Assembly (NCBI GenBank): GCA_049320885.1
Contig: JBMORA010000029.1
Span: forward strand, 1-64,000
Direction: 5' to 3'
From: Thermodesulfobacteriota bacterium
Lineage (GTDB): Bacteria; Desulfobacterota; Desulfobacteria; Desulfobacterales; SURF-7
Length of the DNA stretch: 64,000 nt
Positions within the stretch are counted from its first letter, which is position 1. Each line of letters opens with the position of its first letter. The position numbers and the translations under genes are program-made. The notes under the pieces were generated by a model that saw only the letters and a list, made by a program, of their open reading frames with translations, searched no databases and had not been told where the DNA came from. Shown in pieces: positions 18,827 to 28,921 of the stretch.

Positions 18827-20272
18827 ATGATGACTCCGGAACAATATGAAGACAGCCTGCGCCGGTTGAAACTGGTCGTTTATATGTTCGGCAAACGCGT
18901 CGATTCCCCCGTCGACCATCCCATCATCCGGCCGTCCATGAATGCCGTGGCCAAGACATACGCCATGGCCCAGCATCCGGAATGCCGGGAAATCATGACC
19001 GCGCGTTCCCATATCAGCGGCAACAGGATCAACCGTTTCACCCATATCCATCAGAGCGTGGACGACCTGGTGAAAAAAACCAAAATGGGCCGGCTCTTGG
19101 GGGCCCACACCGGCTGCTGTTTCCAGCGCTGTGTCGGCATGGATGCCCTGAATGCCCTGTCCATCGTCACCTATGACATCGACGCCCGCCATGGAACCTC
19201 CTATTATCAACGGTTTCTGAAATACCTGGCCCATGTCCAGGAAAAGGACCTCACCTGCGACGGCGCCATGACCGACCCCAAGGGCGATCGCTCCCTGCCG
19301 CCCCATCAGCAGCCGGACCCGGATATGTACCTGCACATAGCGGCGGAACGCAAAGACGGGATCGTGGTGCGGGGCGCCAAGGCCCACCAGACAGGCGCGG
19401 TGAATTCCCACGAGATCATCGTCATGCCCACCGTCGCCATGCGGGCCGCGGACAGGGAGTATGCCGTGGCCTTTGCCCTGCCCAGTGACGCGGCCGGGAT
19501 CACCTACATCATGGGAAGACAGTCCTGTGATACCCGAAAGTCGGAGGACAATCTTATGGACACCGGCAATGAGCGCTTCGGCGGCCATGAGGCCCTGGTG
19601 GTGTTCGATGAGGTGTTCGTTCCCTGGGAACGGGTGTTCATGTGTCGGGAGCATGAATTCGCCGGCCCCCTGGTGGAAAAGTTCGCTTCCTACCACCGCC
19701 AGAGTTACGCCTGCAAGGTCGGCGTGGGCGATGTGCTCATCGGCGCGGCCCAGACCATCGCGGAGTACAACGGCATCCAGAACGCGTCCCATATCAAGGA
19801 CAAACTCATCGAGATGAACCATCTAAACGAGACCCTCTTCTGCGGTTCCCTGTCCTGCGCGGCCGAGGGTCGAAGGGAACCTTCCGGAACCTATTGTGTC
19901 GACACCCTCCTGGCCAATGTGGCCAAACAAAATGTCACCCGGTTTCCCTACGAAATTGCACGTCTGGCCCAGGACATTGCCGGCGGGCTAATGGTCACCC
20001 TGCCGGCGGCGGCGGATTTCACCGCCCCGGAAATCGGAAAATGGTTGGAAAAATACTACAAGGGACGTCCGGGAACCACCACGGAAAACCGATGCCGGAT
20101 CCTGCGCCTGATCGAGAACCTGACCCTCGGCACCGCGGCCGTGGGTTATCTGACCGAATCCATGCATGGCGCCGGTTCGCCCCAGGCCCAGCGGATCATG
20201 ATCTCCCGCCAGGTGGACATGCGGGGCAAACAACAACTGGCCAAACAATTATGCGGCATTCATGAGGAATAA
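18827..20272 (+). CDS. abfD: 4-hydroxybutyryl-CoA dehydratase / HpaB-family protein
   Basis: CFQRCVGMD and YHRQSYACK (Fe-S ligands), GAMTDPKGDR, VRGAKAHQTG, ESMHGAGSPQAQ. Confidence 0.85.
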   Translation: MMTPEQYEDSLRRLKLVVYMFGKRVDSPVDHPIIRPSMNAVAKTYAMAQHPECREIMTARSHISGNRINRFTHIHQSVDDLVKKTKMGRLLGAHTGCCFQRCVGMDALNALSIVTYDIDARHGTSYYQRFLKYLAHVQEKDLTCDGAMTDPKGDRSLPPHQQPDPDMYLHIAAERKDGIVVRGAKAHQTGAVNSHEIIVMPTVAMRAADREYAVAFALPSDAAGITYIMGRQSCDTRKSEDNLMDTGNERFGGHEALVVFDEVFVPWERVFMCREHEFAGPLVEKFASYHRQSYACKVGVGDVLIGAAQTIAEYNGIQNASHIKDKLIEMNHLNETLFCGSLSCAAEGRREPSGTYCVDTLLANVAKQNVTRFPYEIARLAQDIAGGLMVTLPAAADFTAPEIGKWLEKYYKGRPGTTTENRCRILRLIENLTLGTAAVGYLTESMHGAGSPQAQRIMISRQVDMRGKQQLAKQLCGIHEE

Positions 20273-21995
20273 CCGAAACCCCGAACCGGCGGGCGCCGGA
20301 TGGCAGTACGAATTGAAGTTGATGAATACGGCGGCGGCCACCGGCTATTTCGCCTGCGAGCCCCTCGAAGAACCCACGGATGACGAGGCCATCGCTTATC
20401 TGCGGGTCTGCCCCAACGATGAATTCATGCGGCGCTACCTGATCCGTCGCTTGAATACCCTGGGGGCGGAACGTATGGAGGCCCTGATCCGACAAACGCC
20501 GGACACGGATACGTTTCTGCTGGCGGTTCTGTATGAAACCTGCCTGTTCACCGGGGCGTTCCAACCCTTTCTTCCCGCCTTCGGGCGGCTCGATCTCCGG
20601 CGGCTCGCGGATCAAAGCCCGTTGCCCTACCTGAGATCCCTGGCATCCCCGCGTCATCGGCTCCACCGGGAATGGTCGCTTCGGGCCGCGGCGAATATCC
20701 TGAGACAGGAACCGGTCTTCTGGCGGGAAACTCCTGAAACGGAATTTCCCTATTCTCCGGGGGAACTGGCAGCGGTTCCGGAGGAGACCCTTTCGCTTGA
20801 AGGATTTGTCGCCGCCAGGAACCCCGAAGCGGCCGGGAAACCCTACCGGGCCCGCACCCCAGCGGAGACCGCCGGAAAGGCCCTTGAAAAACTGGAAGCC
20901 GCCGGAATCCTGGCGGACATCGAAAAAAGACACCAGTCGTCGCTAAGTCCCATCGGCCTGCTGCGGCAATGGCGCATGAATGTCAGGATTGCGGAAGGAC
21001 GCCATAATATCCGCCTGGGAGGCTTGCAGACCGCTTACGGCCGGGGATTCGATCTCGAAAGCGCCCGGGCTTCCTATGCCATGGAGATCGTCGAGCGCTA
21101 TTCCGCCTTTGCCGGGGTTCATGGGGGAAAACTGACGGGGTACCGTAAAGAACACGCCCTGACGTTCGGACGCCTGTCGGATTTGCGGGGAGGAGCAACC
21201 GAACCGCTGGATCCCAATCATCTGCTCCTGGAGGCGCCATATGAAAACGAGCCCCTGTACTGGATCCGGGGGGAGCTGAAAAGCGAACGCGGCGAACGGG
21301 ACGTCCTGGTGCCGGTCCAGGCGGTTGCACTTTTCTCCAATCTGGACGAAGTCGCCCTTTTTTCCGGCAGAGGTTCCACCGGCCTGGCCGCGGGCAATAC
21401 CATGGAGGAAGCCAAGGTCGCGGGCCTGCTGGAAATGGTGGAGCGCTACAGCGAGGCGGTCATGCCGTTCCAGGTACGGCAATGTTTTACGCTGGAAAGC
21501 CGGGATGAGGCCCTGGCCGGATTGCTGGGAGCCTATGCCCAGGCCGGTATTCAAGTGCAGTTCCAGGACCTCACCACTGCCATGGGGATCCCCTGCTGCA
21601 AATGCTTTGTGCGCGGGTTGAACGGGGATATCGTCAAGGGCACCGGCGCTCATCTGAATGCGCGGCGGGCCTTGCTGTCCGCCATGACGGAAACCCCGTT
21701 CCCTTTCCCCCACGGCGGGCCTTCCGGTCCAAGCTATAGCGGATTGTTCCGGGTGCCGTTTGAAAACCTGCCGGATTACAGCAGCGGCGACGCCGGTAAC
21801 GATCTGGCGCTGCTGGAAACCGTGTTGATCCGGAACGGATTTGAAGTCGTTTATGTGGATCTCTCGCGTTCCGACATGGATTTCCCGGTGGTCCGGGCCC
21901 TTGTGCCGGCCATGGAGATCAACGGCGACCTGGATCGTTTCACCCGGGTCCATCCGAATTTTATCCGCAACTATCGCAGGGCGGCGGGAGGGTGA
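20262..21995 (+). CDS. YcaO-like family protein
   Basis: YGRG...ARASYAMEIVERYS, STGLAAGNTMEEAKVAGLLEMVER, QDLTTAMGIP, GTGAHL, VDLSR...PVVRALVPAME. Confidence 0.85.
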   Translation: MRNNRNPEPAGAGWQYELKLMNTAAATGYFACEPLEEPTDDEAIAYLRVCPNDEFMRRYLIRRLNTLGAERMEALIRQTPDTDTFLLAVLYETCLFTGAFQPFLPAFGRLDLRRLADQSPLPYLRSLASPRHRLHREWSLRAAANILRQEPVFWRETPETEFPYSPGELAAVPEETLSLEGFVAARNPEAAGKPYRARTPAETAGKALEKLEAAGILADIEKRHQSSLSPIGLLRQWRMNVRIAEGRHNIRLGGLQTAYGRGFDLESARASYAMEIVERYSAFAGVHGGKLTGYRKEHALTFGRLSDLRGGATEPLDPNHLLLEAPYENEPLYWIRGELKSERGERDVLVPVQAVALFSNLDEVALFSGRGSTGLAAGNTMEEAKVAGLLEMVERYSEAVMPFQVRQCFTLESRDEALAGLLGAYAQAGIQVQFQDLTTAMGIPCCKCFVRGLNGDIVKGTGAHLNARRALLSAMTETPFPFPHGGPSGPSYSGLFRVPFENLPDYSSGDAGNDLALLETVLIRNGFEVVYVDLSRSDMDFPVVRALVPAMEINGDLDRFTRVHPNFIRNYRRAAGG

Positions 21996-21998
21996 CCC

Positions 21999-24900
21999 GT
22001 GGGATCGTTTCGCCTGGTAACCGGCAACCGGCTGGAAAACCTGTCCGCGGCCCTGGCCGGGGTGTTGAAAACGCCCCTTTCCTCCCCCCTGACCACCGAG
22101 GTCATAGTGGTGCAGAGTTCGGGCATGGCCCGCTGGATCTCCATGGAGATCGCCCGTCAGACGGGAATTTGCGCCAATATCCGTTTTGTATATCCCAATG
22201 AATTCATCACCGAATTGTTCAGCGGGCTGGTCACGGAAGGGCAGGGGGCCACGATGTTCGATCCGGAAATCCTGACCTGGCGGATTTTGAAAAGAATGCC
22301 CGGGCTGGCGGCCCATTCCGGTTTCGGGCCCTTGCGCCGCTATGTCGGTGATGACGGTCAGGGCTTGAAAGCCTTTCAGCTTTCGTCCCGCATCGCGGAT
22401 CTGTTCGATCAGTATGCCCTGTATCGACCGGAAATGATTTTCCGCTGGGAAAAAGGCGAAGAGGATCACTGGCAGGCGGTCTTATGGCGCTCCCTGTCGC
22501 AAGAGGCCCGGAACCTTCACCGTCCGGCCTTGCTGAAACGGTTTCATGAAATTGTGGGGGCAAAAGCCGCTCCGGATGACCGGCTGCCGTCCCGGGTGTC
22601 GGTGTTCGGCATATCGGCCTTGCCGCGGTTTCATGTGGAGGCGCTGACGGCCGTCGCGCAGGTGGCGGATGTGTACCTGTTCGTGATGAATCCCTGCTCG
22701 GAATACTGGGGTGATCTGCCCGGCGAGCGGGAAATCCGCCGGGGAGTGGCGGAAATCTCGGCCCGCGGCATGGATCGCGACTGGTTTCATCTGGAACCGG
22801 AAAACCGGCTTTTGTCCGGCCTGGGAACAGTGGGCCGGGATTTCCTCGAATTGCTCCAGTCCGGCGACCTCGAACAGGAAGAGGTGTTCGAAGATCCGGG
22901 CATGGATTCCCTGCTGCACTGCATCCAATCCGATATCCTGCATCTGCGTGGTCCATCCCTGGATGCAACCGCCGTCAAACGACGGATCGACCCGGATGAC
23001 CGCTCGGTGAGTCTGCATGCCTGCCACAGCCCCATGCGGGAAGTCGAGGTTCTGCGCGATCATCTGCTGGACTGGTTCGAGCACGATCCCGGCCTGGAAC
23101 CGGGAGACATCCTGGTAATGGCAACGGATATCGAAAGATACGCTCCGTATATCCAGGCGGTCATGGATACCCCCGAGGAGGAGGGCCGCCGGATTCCCTA
23201 CAGTATCGCCGACCGCAATCTCCAGTCGGAGAGCCGGGTGGTCCGGATGTTTCTGTCCGTTCTCGACCTGCTCAACGGCCGTTTCGGTCTGGGGCAGGTG
23301 ACGGCCGTTCTGGAATTCCCGCCGATCCGCAAACGGTTCGGGCTTTCGGAAACGGATTGCGAAAGGATTCAGAAATGGTGCACGGATACCAACATCCGCT
23401 GGGGGCTGGACGGCTCCCAGCGGGCCGGCTTGGGTCTCCCGGACATCATGGACAATACCTGGGCCCACGGATTGGAGCGGATGCTGCTGGGCTACGCCAT
23501 GTCCGGAGGGGACCGCCAGTTGTTCGCCGGACGGTTGCCCTATGATTCCATCGAGGGGGAACCTTCCCTGGCCCTGGGAAAACTGGCTGAATTCATCACG
23601 GTGCTGACCCGGGCGGTCCGCGATTTTCTGGTGCCCGCTCCGCTGACCCAGCGCTCAGGGGAACTGCTGGAGTTCCTGGATCGGCTTTTTATTGCGGACG
23701 AAGACACGGAGACCGAAATCCAGAGTCTCCGGGATCATCTGCTCCGCCTGGGTGAAATCCAAGAACTGGCGGGGTTTGACCGCCCGGTGGGACTCGCGGT
23801 GATTCGGGAACATCTCGCGGAGCGGTTCCAGCGGAAAGGGTTCGGTTTCGGTTTTATCACCGGCGGCGTGACTTTTTGTGCCATGGTGCCCATGCGCAGC
23901 ATTCCCTTCAAGATCATCTGCCTGTTGGGGATGGACAACGACGCCTACCCCCGGGAAAGCGGCCGGATCGGATTCGATCTGATGGCCCAGCAGCCCCGGC
24001 GGGGGGACCGCTCCCGCAGGCTGGACGATCAGTATATGTTTCTGGAGGCACTGGTCTCGGCCCGCGACCGTTTGTATGTCAGCTATGTGGGCCAGAGCGT
24101 CCGCGACAACAGCCTTTCGCCGCCGTCGGTGCTGGTGAGCGACCTTCTGGATTACATCGACGGCGGTTTCTGTTTGCCGGACGGCGGATCACCGCTTCCC
24201 CGCCTGCATACTTTCCAGCGCCTCCAGCCTTTCAGTCCGGCCTATTTCACCGCTTCACGGGAGCCGGACGGAAGCACGGCCGGAGGCGGCCTGTTCAGTT
24301 ATTCCACGGAAAACCGTGACGCGGCGGTTTTGCTGCTGTCCCAACGGCGGTCCCGGCCGCCTTTCTGGACCGGGGAGTTTCCTGAAGCGCGGGAAGAACC
24401 TGGGATCGTGGAACTGGACGACCTGGTGCGTTTTTTTTCCCATCCGGCCCGGTATTTCATGCAACGAGCCCTGGGTATTTTTTATGAAACGGACGAACCG
24501 GTTCCGGACGAACGCGAGCCCTTCGACATCGTCGGACTCTCCCGGTATTCCCTGGACCGCAGTCTCCTTGCGAATGCCCTGGCGGGAGGGACGGCGGCGG
24601 AAATCAAGGGGCCGGTCCGGGCCTCCGGTGCGCTCCCGCATGCCGTCGCGGGCGACTGCCTGTTCGAAAAACTGGCCCATGAAGCGGACTGGTTCGCCCG
24701 GATCGTCCGGGACAGCACGGCGAAGGCCCTGCTTCCGCCCCTGGATGTTTTTCTGGAAATATCCGGCTTCCGTCTCATCGGCAGCATCGGGACGATTCAT
24801 GCCGACGCCATGGTCCGGTACCGCTATGCCCGGATCAAATCCATCGACCAGATCTCCGCCTGGATCCATCATCTGGTCTTGAACAGTTTGTCCCCAGCCA

Positions 24901-25310
24901 ATTACCCGCGGGAAACCGTACTGGTGGCGCTTCAGGATGAGTCCCGCTCCCGGAGTCAGGTTGCCAGGCGACGTTTTTCACCGCCCGCGCATTGCCGTGA
25001 AACCCTGTTGGAACTGCTGACGGCCTATGGCCAGGGCCTTTCCCGGCCCTTGCCTTTCTTTCCGCGCACCTCCATGGCGTACATGGTTTCGCTGCGTTCC
25101 CGCGGCCGAAGTCCCGACGAGGCCCTTGAGGCCGCGCGAAAAAGCTGGGAGGGAGGACTCCATGCGCCGGGCGAAGGCAACGACCCCTATTACCGGCGCT
25201 GCTTTGCCGACAGAGACATCCTGGACCGGGAGTTTGCCGAAACGGCTGAACGCCTCCTGGGACCGGTCATCGATCATATGGTGGAAACAACCGGCGATGA
25301 AGACATTTGA
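21999..25310 (+). CDS. recC: Exodeoxyribonuclease V subunit gamma
   Basis: GNRLENL, IVVQSSGMARW, LFDQYALYRPE, NPCSEYWGD, CHSPMREVEVL, PMRSIPFK. GTG start. Confidence 0.95.
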   Translation: MGSFRLVTGNRLENLSAALAGVLKTPLSSPLTTEVIVVQSSGMARWISMEIARQTGICANIRFVYPNEFITELFSGLVTEGQGATMFDPEILTWRILKRMPGLAAHSGFGPLRRYVGDDGQGLKAFQLSSRIADLFDQYALYRPEMIFRWEKGEEDHWQAVLWRSLSQEARNLHRPALLKRFHEIVGAKAAPDDRLPSRVSVFGISALPRFHVEALTAVAQVADVYLFVMNPCSEYWGDLPGEREIRRGVAEISARGMDRDWFHLEPENRLLSGLGTVGRDFLELLQSGDLEQEEVFEDPGMDSLLHCIQSDILHLRGPSLDATAVKRRIDPDDRSVSLHACHSPMREVEVLRDHLLDWFEHDPGLEPGDILVMATDIERYAPYIQAVMDTPEEEGRRIPYSIADRNLQSESRVVRMFLSVLDLLNGRFGLGQVTAVLEFPPIRKRFGLSETDCERIQKWCTDTNIRWGLDGSQRAGLGLPDIMDNTWAHGLERMLLGYAMSGGDRQLFAGRLPYDSIEGEPSLALGKLAEFITVLTRAVRDFLVPAPLTQRSGELLEFLDRLFIADEDTETEIQSLRDHLLRLGEIQELAGFDRPVGLAVIREHLAERFQRKGFGFGFITGGVTFCAMVPMRSIPFKIICLLGMDNDAYPRESGRIGFDLMAQQPRRGDRSRRLDDQYMFLEALVSARDRLYVSYVGQSVRDNSLSPPSVLVSDLLDYIDGGFCLPDGGSPLPRLHTFQRLQPFSPAYFTASREPDGSTAGGGLFSYSTENRDAAVLLLSQRRSRPPFWTGEFPEAREEPGIVELDDLVRFFSHPARYFMQRALGIFYETDEPVPDEREPFDIVGLSRYSLDRSLLANALAGGTAAEIKGPVRASGALPHAVAGDCLFEKLAHEADWFARIVRDSTAKALLPPLDVFLEISGFRLIGSIGTIHADAMVRYRYARIKSIDQISAWIHHLVLNSLSPANYPRETVLVALQDESRSRSQVARRRFSPPAHCRETLLELLTAYGQGLSRPLPFFPRTSMAYMVSLRSRGRSPDEALEAARKSWEGGLHAPGEGNDPYYRRCFADRDILDREFAETAERLLGPVIDHMVETTGDEDI

Positions 25311-28300
25311 CGTTTTCGACAGCCCGCTCCAGGGCGCGGTTCTCATCGAGGCCGGCGCCGGAACTGGGAAAACCCACACCATCACCGGCTGTTATGTCCG
25401 GCTGGTGACGGAAAAAAGACTGCCGGTGGAGCAAATCCTGGTGGTGACGTTCACCGAGGCCGCCACGGCCGAACTCAAGGGCCGCATCCGGGAGCGGTTG
25501 CGGGAGGCTGCCGCGGTGTTGCGCGGCGGCCGCGCCCGGGACCGCTTCATGGGGAAACTGGCGGAACGCTTCCAGGGTGACACCCTGGCCTTGCAAAGCC
25601 TGGAAACCGCTCTGCGCTCCTTTGACCGGGCGGCCATTTTCACCATCCACGGTTTTTGCCTGCGCATGCTCGGTGAGCATGCTTTTGAGAGCGGTTTTTT
25701 GTTCAACGCGGAACTGTCCACGGACCAGGAACCACTGCAGCGGGAGATCGCCGAGGATTATTGGCGCCGCATGGTGTATGCCGGTTCGCGGCTTTTCGTC
25801 AATTATCTGCTGAACCGCGGCATGACGCCGGACACACTGCGGCAGCCCCTGGCCAGGTATGGGATCCATCCCCGGCTGCGGATTGTTCCCCGGGTCGAGC
25901 CGCCGGATACCGAAACCGCGGAAAAGGAATTCCAGACGGCCCTTGGAGCCGCCCTGGCCGTATGGAAAGCGGAACGCGGTCTGCTCACGGAGATCCTGCT
26001 CACCGATGAAAGCCTGAACCGCAGAACGTATTCTCCGGCCAGGACGAAACTTTTGATCCGCCGGATGGATGAAATGACGCTGACCGACGTCCATGGGCCG
26101 GATCTATTTCCCGACGCGGAACGCCTTACCCGGGCGGCCATCGTCGCCGGCACGAAGAAAAACCAGTCTCCGCCCTCCCATCCCTTTTTCGACCGATGGG
26201 AGCGTCTGCTGGAATGCCGGGAAGAACTGTCGGAGCTGTTCCGTCAGCGCCTGATCAAACTGAAAACCGGCCTGCTGGACTATCTGCGCACCGAGGTCGC
26301 GCGCCGGAACCGCGAAAAAAACGTACGCGGTTTCGATGACCTGCTGACCCAGCTCCATCAGGCCCTGGATGCGGATACCGGAGCCGACCTGGCCGCGGCT
26401 GTCCGGAGAAATTTCAAGGCAGCCCTGATCGACGAATTCCAGGATACGGATCTGATCCAGTACGACATTTTTTACCGGATTTTCCACCATCCGGAAGGTC
26501 TCCTGTTCCTGATCGGCGATCCCAAACAGGCCATTTACGGATTCCGGGGCGCGGACATCTTCGCCTATCTCGAGGCGGCGGGCAAGGTCGGCGCCCGCTT
26601 CACCCTGAAGGAAAACTGGCGTTCCCATCCGGATCTGATCCAGGCCCTGAACCTTCTGTTCCGGAGGACTTCACGGCCCTTTGTTTTTGAAGAGATCGTC
26701 TATGAACCGGCCGCCGCGCCGGCGGACAAAACGGAATACGAGCGCTTGCTGGAAAACGGGCAACCCCCGATTCCCTTCCGTCTCTGGTTCCTGGGGTCGG
26801 GGGAGGACCAAAAACCCTTGTCCAAGGCCGTTGTGCGGGAAAGAATCGTCAGGAGTGTGGCCGGGGAAATCGCGCGACTCCTGGCGCTTTCAAGGCAGGG
26901 TCTTGCCGCCATCGGCAACCGGCCGCTGGAACCGGGGGATGTGGCGGTTCTGGTGCGCCGCAACCAGGAAGCCGACTTGCTGCGCCAGGCCCTTGCCGCG
27001 TTCCACATTCCGGCCGTGGTTCATGGAAGCGGTGATATTTTTCAGACCGGGGAAGCCTTTGAGATGGAGCTGCTGTTGCGCGGCATTCTGTATCCGGAGA
27101 ATGTCGGCGCGCTGAAAGCCGCCATGGTCACCGATCTTATCGGTATTTCCGGCGATGAACTCATGCAACTGGAAGGCCGGGAGGAGCTATTGGAATCCCG
27201 GACGGCGGTTTTCCGGGACTATCATGACTGGTGGCGCCGGGAAGGGTTTATCCGCATGTTCCGCCGTCTCATGCGCAGGGAAAACATGCTTCTCCGCTTG
27301 ATGGCGTTTCCGGACGGTGAACGCCGGGTCACCAACGTGGCCCAGCTGACCGAACTGCTGCACCAGGAAAGCCGGCTGGAAAAAAACGGTATGGAAGGAC
27401 TGCTCCAATGGCTTGCCCGCAGGCGCACCGGGGAGCAGGTGGAAATGGAGGAACGGCAGCTGCGGCTGGAGACCGACGCGGGTGCCGTCCAGCTGATCAC
27501 CATGCACAAAAGCAAGGGGCTTGAATTCCCGGTGGTGTTCTGCCCCTTTACCTGGGACGGATCCCGGCTGGGGAACCGGACGGAGGCCTTTGCCTTTCAT
27601 GCCGGCGACGGCAGCGGCGAGCTGGTTCTGGAGCTGGGGTCACCGGATGCGGATGGTAACCGCCTGGCGGCGGAGCGGGAGCTGCTGGCGGAAAATCTGC
27701 GGCTTTTCTATGTGGCCCTGACCCGGGCGCGCAGCCGTTGTTATCTGGTCTGGGGTCATTTCAGCGAAGCGGAAACCTCGGCGCCGGCCTATGTGCTTCA
27801 TCCCCGGACCGACCCGGGAGATCCCGGGAAGGTGACGGGATTTTCCGACTGGAAGGCAGCCGGGACATCGGCGGCCCTCTACCGGGAACTCGAAGAACTG
27901 GTCCGGGAGGCCCCGGAAATCATCCGCCTGGAAATCATGCCCGAGAAACGGATGGAAACGCCGTTGCCCCTGGAGGCGGATGTCCCGGCCATGGCCTGCC
28001 GCCCGTTCACCCGCGGAATCGAGCGGACCTTCCGGATCGCCAGTTTCTCCTCCTTCGTCCATCGCCATCCCCTTGCCGGCGAGCTGGCCGACCGGGACGC
28101 CCTCGCCAAGGATTCGCCGCCGGAAGCAAGGGATTTCAGCGCCGGGTCGACGGATGGAAAAGACATCTTCTCCTTTCCCCGGGGCGCCAAACCCGGCACC
28201 TGTCTGCACGCTGTTTTCGAGGAAATCGATTTCACGGAACCGGATTCCAAACGAATCCGGGAAGTGGTGGCTGACAAATTACGGCTCCATCGTTTCGATC

Positions 28301-28908
28301 CTTCCTATGAACCGGCTGTCACCGCCATGGTCCGGAAGGTGCTGTCCGTTCCCCTGGAGCCAGGAGAGACGGATCTGCGCCTGGAACTCATCGACAACCG
28401 CCAGCGTCTCAACGAAATGGAATTCTATTTTCCGTTGACGTCGTTCCGGCCCCGGGATCTCCAGCGGATTTTCCGGTCCCGCGCCCACGGCCGGTTTTCC
28501 CCAGGCGCCCTCGATCTTCTGGGACGATTGGAGGCGACTGAACTCCGGGGATACATGAAGGGGTTCATCGATCTGGTATTCCGACACCGGGAGCGGTATT
28601 ACATCGTGGACTGGAAGTCGAATCACCTGGGCCATGGGCCGGAGGAATATCATCCCGGTCGGCTTGCCCGGATCATGGAGGAAGAACTTTATTTCCTCCA
28701 GTATCACATTTATACCGTGGCCCTGAACCGGTATCTGCGTTCCCGCCTGCCGGGATTCGATTTCGGCGCGCATTTCGGTGGCGTGTTTTATCTTTTTTTG
28801 CGCGGCGTGGAACCGCGAAAAAGCCCTCATCTGGGTGTATACCGGGACAAACCGGATGAAACCCTGATCCGGGAGTTGACGGATTTCCTGACGGGCGGAT
28901 CGGGATGA
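25297..28908 (+). CDS. recB: Exodeoxyribonuclease V subunit beta
   Basis: LIEAGAGTGKT, VVTFTEAAT, LIDEFQDTD, IGDPKQAIYGFRGAD, TMHKSKGLEF, nuclease motif GFIDL...IVDWKSN. Start ATG 25297 overlaps the recC end. Confidence 0.95.
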   Translation: MKTFDVFDSPLQGAVLIEAGAGTGKTHTITGCYVRLVTEKRLPVEQILVVTFTEAATAELKGRIRERLREAAAVLRGGRARDRFMGKLAERFQGDTLALQSLETALRSFDRAAIFTIHGFCLRMLGEHAFESGFLFNAELSTDQEPLQREIAEDYWRRMVYAGSRLFVNYLLNRGMTPDTLRQPLARYGIHPRLRIVPRVEPPDTETAEKEFQTALGAALAVWKAERGLLTEILLTDESLNRRTYSPARTKLLIRRMDEMTLTDVHGPDLFPDAERLTRAAIVAGTKKNQSPPSHPFFDRWERLLECREELSELFRQRLIKLKTGLLDYLRTEVARRNREKNVRGFDDLLTQLHQALDADTGADLAAAVRRNFKAALIDEFQDTDLIQYDIFYRIFHHPEGLLFLIGDPKQAIYGFRGADIFAYLEAAGKVGARFTLKENWRSHPDLIQALNLLFRRTSRPFVFEEIVYEPAAAPADKTEYERLLENGQPPIPFRLWFLGSGEDQKPLSKAVVRERIVRSVAGEIARLLALSRQGLAAIGNRPLEPGDVAVLVRRNQEADLLRQALAAFHIPAVVHGSGDIFQTGEAFEMELLLRGILYPENVGALKAAMVTDLIGISGDELMQLEGREELLESRTAVFRDYHDWWRREGFIRMFRRLMRRENMLLRLMAFPDGERRVTNVAQLTELLHQESRLEKNGMEGLLQWLARRRTGEQVEMEERQLRLETDAGAVQLITMHKSKGLEFPVVFCPFTWDGSRLGNRTEAFAFHAGDGSGELVLELGSPDADGNRLAAERELLAENLRLFYVALTRARSRCYLVWGHFSEAETSAPAYVLHPRTDPGDPGKVTGFSDWKAAGTSAALYRELEELVREAPEIIRLEIMPEKRMETPLPLEADVPAMACRPFTRGIERTFRIASFSSFVHRHPLAGELADRDALAKDSPPEARDFSAGSTDGKDIFSFPRGAKPGTCLHAVFEEIDFTEPDSKRIREVVADKLRLHRFDPSYEPAVTAMVRKVLSVPLEPGETDLRLELIDNRQRLNEMEFYFPLTSFRPRDLQRIFRSRAHGRFSPGALDLLGRLEATELRGYMKGFIDLVFRHRERYYIVDWKSNHLGHGPEEYHPGRLARIMEEELYFLQYHIYTVALNRYLRSRLPGFDFGAHFGGVFYLFLRGVEPRKSPHLGVYRDKPDETLIRELTDFLTGGSG

Positions 28909-28921
28909 CGGCACGCAGTGG

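Noticed and set aside
20943..22469. 508-aa minus-strand ORF
   Set aside because: Antisense to ycaO/recC; long shadow ORFs are expected in GC-rich coding DNA.
25027..25296. N-terminal extension of RecB in the ORF track
   Set aside because: It overlaps the recC 3' end; RecB similarity begins at MKTFDVF (25297).
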